A stretch of 64,000 nt of DNA from Narcine bancroftii (lineage: Eukaryota), in NCBI RefSeq assembly GCF_036971445.1, contig NC_091476.1:102672001-102736000 (forward strand), in the 5' to 3' direction. The position numbers and the translations under genes are program-made. This document shows positions 61,831 through 64,000 of this stretch, in pieces. The notes under the pieces were generated by a model, which searched no databases, was not told the origin of the DNA, and was given only the letters and a program-made list of their open reading frames with translations. Positions within the stretch are counted from its first letter, which is position 1. Every line of letters begins with the position of its first letter.

Positions 61831-64000
61831 CCATCCCCCCCAGAACCGGCAGTATTGTCCTTGTTATTGACCTTGGTGCCCAGAGGCAAAGTCTCTGCAG
61901 CCTTCAGTGGGCTGCCTCTTCGGCGTGGTGCTGGTGTCTTGACTGGGTGTGCCGGGTCCAGATGTGCCAGTTTCAGCCTGTCTGTGGTGAAGACCTCCAT
62001 CTTGCCTCCTCGTGGCCCCATTGTTCCAGATGACCTGGAACGGACCCTCGTATGGCTTCTGAAGTAGAGAATGATGTGGACCCCTGCGAATGAAAACATA
62101 CTCACAGTCCTGCAGGTCTTTGGGTATGTTGGGCCTCATGTCTCCGTGCCTGGAAGGTGGAATTTGGGCCAGGTTGCCGACTCTTTCCTTTAGCCTGCTG
62201 AGAAATGCTGCAGTGTTGTCCAGCTGTCCGCCTGGGAATGGTATGAATTCTCCTGGGATCACCAGTGGAGCTCCATAGATGAGTTCAACTGAAGAGATGT
62301 TGAGTACCGTACAGATGCCCAACAGTGTCCTTGGTAACTCATCTCCCAGTTTGGTCCTTGGAGTCTGGTCATGAGTGTGGTTTTGAGGTGCTTGTGGAAG
62401 GGCTTCACCAACCCATTGATAAACTGTTGTGATGCAGCTGGGCACCCCATAGGGTGGCGAGGTCAGACCACAGACTAGTGGTGAACTGGGCCCCTCTGTC
62501 GGATGTGATGTGGGATGGTAACCCAAACTGTGCCACTCAGGATGAGATGAGGGTCCTGGCACACAAGGTTGTGTACGTGTCTGCCAGTGGGACTGATTCT
62601 AACCACCTGGTGAAGTGGTCGACCATCGTGAACAGAAACCCTGGGATACTAGCAAGGATCCTACTATGTCCACATGGATGTGGTTGAACCTTCGTTCTGC
62701 AGGCTTGAAGTGCAGAAGTTAGATCTTGGTGTGTTGCTGTACCTTGGTTGTTTGGCACTGCATGCATGCCTTAACCCACCTGCTGACCTGTTTCTGCAAC
62801 CTATGCCACACGTATTTCCTGGCAATCAGCTGGACCATGGTCATGATGGATAGGTGAGCCAATCCATAGATGGAGTAGAAAACCAGTTGTCCCCAAGCCA
62901 CTGGGACAATGGGTCTGACCTGACTGTGGCCACATCGCACAGGAGGGTGGTGTTACCTGTGCTGAATAGGATGTCCTGGAGCTACAGTTCCAATTAGGCA
63001 GTCCTGTATTGGGGCATCTCCTCATCTTTCTACTGCGCCTCTGCCAGTTCCAAGAAGTCTATTCCCCTTGTTAGCACATGGATACTTTCCCTGAACAGTA
63101 CATTGGCCACCATATTGTCCCTGCCAGAGGTGTGCCTTACATCTGTAGCGTATTCCAAGATGTAAGACAGGTGTCATTGCTGGCGGGCTGACCAGGGGTC
63201 CGAGATCTTAGCCAATGCAAAAGTCAGAGGCTTGTGATCTGTGAAAGCCATGAAGGACCTGCCCTCTAGGAGTTACTTGAAGTGGCAAATGGCTGAGAAC
63301 AGTGCCAATAGTTCTCTGTCGAAAGCACTAGACTTCAGTTCTGGAGGCCACAGATGTTTGCTGAAGAAAGCCAGCTGCCGCCAACTTCCTTCGATCTGCT
63401 TCTCCAGAATTCCACCAATTGCCATTCCTGAGGCATCCACCGCCAGGGCTGTTGGAGGTCTGACCTGGGATGTGCCAGGAGAGCAGCATCTGCCAGAGCT
63501 TCCTTGGCCTTCACAAAGGTTTCCACTGACTCCTCATCCCAAGTGATGTCCTTTGCCTTGCCTGCCATCCGTGTGTACAAGGGCCACATAATCTGGGCAG
63601 CTGAAGGGATGAACCTGTGATAGAAATTGATCATCCCCACGAACTCCTGCAGTCCCTTGGCCATGTTGGGTCTGGGGAACTTCTGGATGGTCTCCACTTT
63701 ACTGGGTAGCAGTGTGGCTCCTTCCTTGGTTATCCTGTGGCCCAGGAAGTCAAAGGCCTCCAATTCAAACTGGTATTTGGCTGGGTTGATCATCAGGCCG
63801 AGCTTGCTCAGTCGGGTGAGGAGGTTGTGGAAGTGCACCATATGCTCCAGTTGGTTCCTGCTCACCACCAGGATGTTGTCCAGGTACAAGAAGGTGCTGC
63901 CAGGTCTCGGCCCACAATGTCTATGAGTCGCTGCAAAGTCTGTGCAGCGTTCTTTAGCCCGAACAGCATTCAGTGGAATTCGAAGAGACCAAATGGGGTG
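61461..64000 (-). mobile_element. Degenerate Gypsy/Ty3 LTR retrotransposon (RT, RNase H and integrase fragments), continuing beyond the window
   Basis: ORF 63335..63889 (YLDNIL, FLGH, GLQEFVGMINFYHRFIP), integrase motifs (WVKACMQCQTTK; TMVDHFTRWLESVPL; LQKPYEGPF), and multiple frameshifts. Confidence 0.92.

Overview
Vertebrate genomic DNA, probably from a cartilaginous fish (inferred from the repeat families). Four genes can be assembled by hand from splice sites and exon phases. (1) The 5' part of a T-cell receptor CD3 chain gene (- strand): leader exon, 24-nt and 21-nt micro-exons, and an Ig exon; the rest runs off the left edge. (2) An uninterrupted 550-codon piggyBac transposase ORF (PGBD4-like) with an intact DDD triad and Cys-rich domain and no visible TIRs. 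It sits inside a CD3 intron on the same strand and appears to have its own CpG promoter, splice acceptor and polyA signal. (3) A 10-exon, ~454-aa SAXO/FAM154-family (axonemal microtubule-stabilising) gene on the + strand, seen only as fragments in the ORF track, with an RFX-like promoter motif. (4) A complete 11-exon BUD13 gene (- strand, ~733 aa) with about 21 copies of a 13-aa repeat. The introns and intergenic DNA hold CR1, RTE, L1, Rex-like, SINE, hAT, Tc1/pogo and Gypsy elements, plus a templated inverted insertion. The strongest candidates for novelty are the apparently domesticated piggyBac gene nested in CD3 and the SAXO paralogue. All exon models are manual and are not validated by transcripts.
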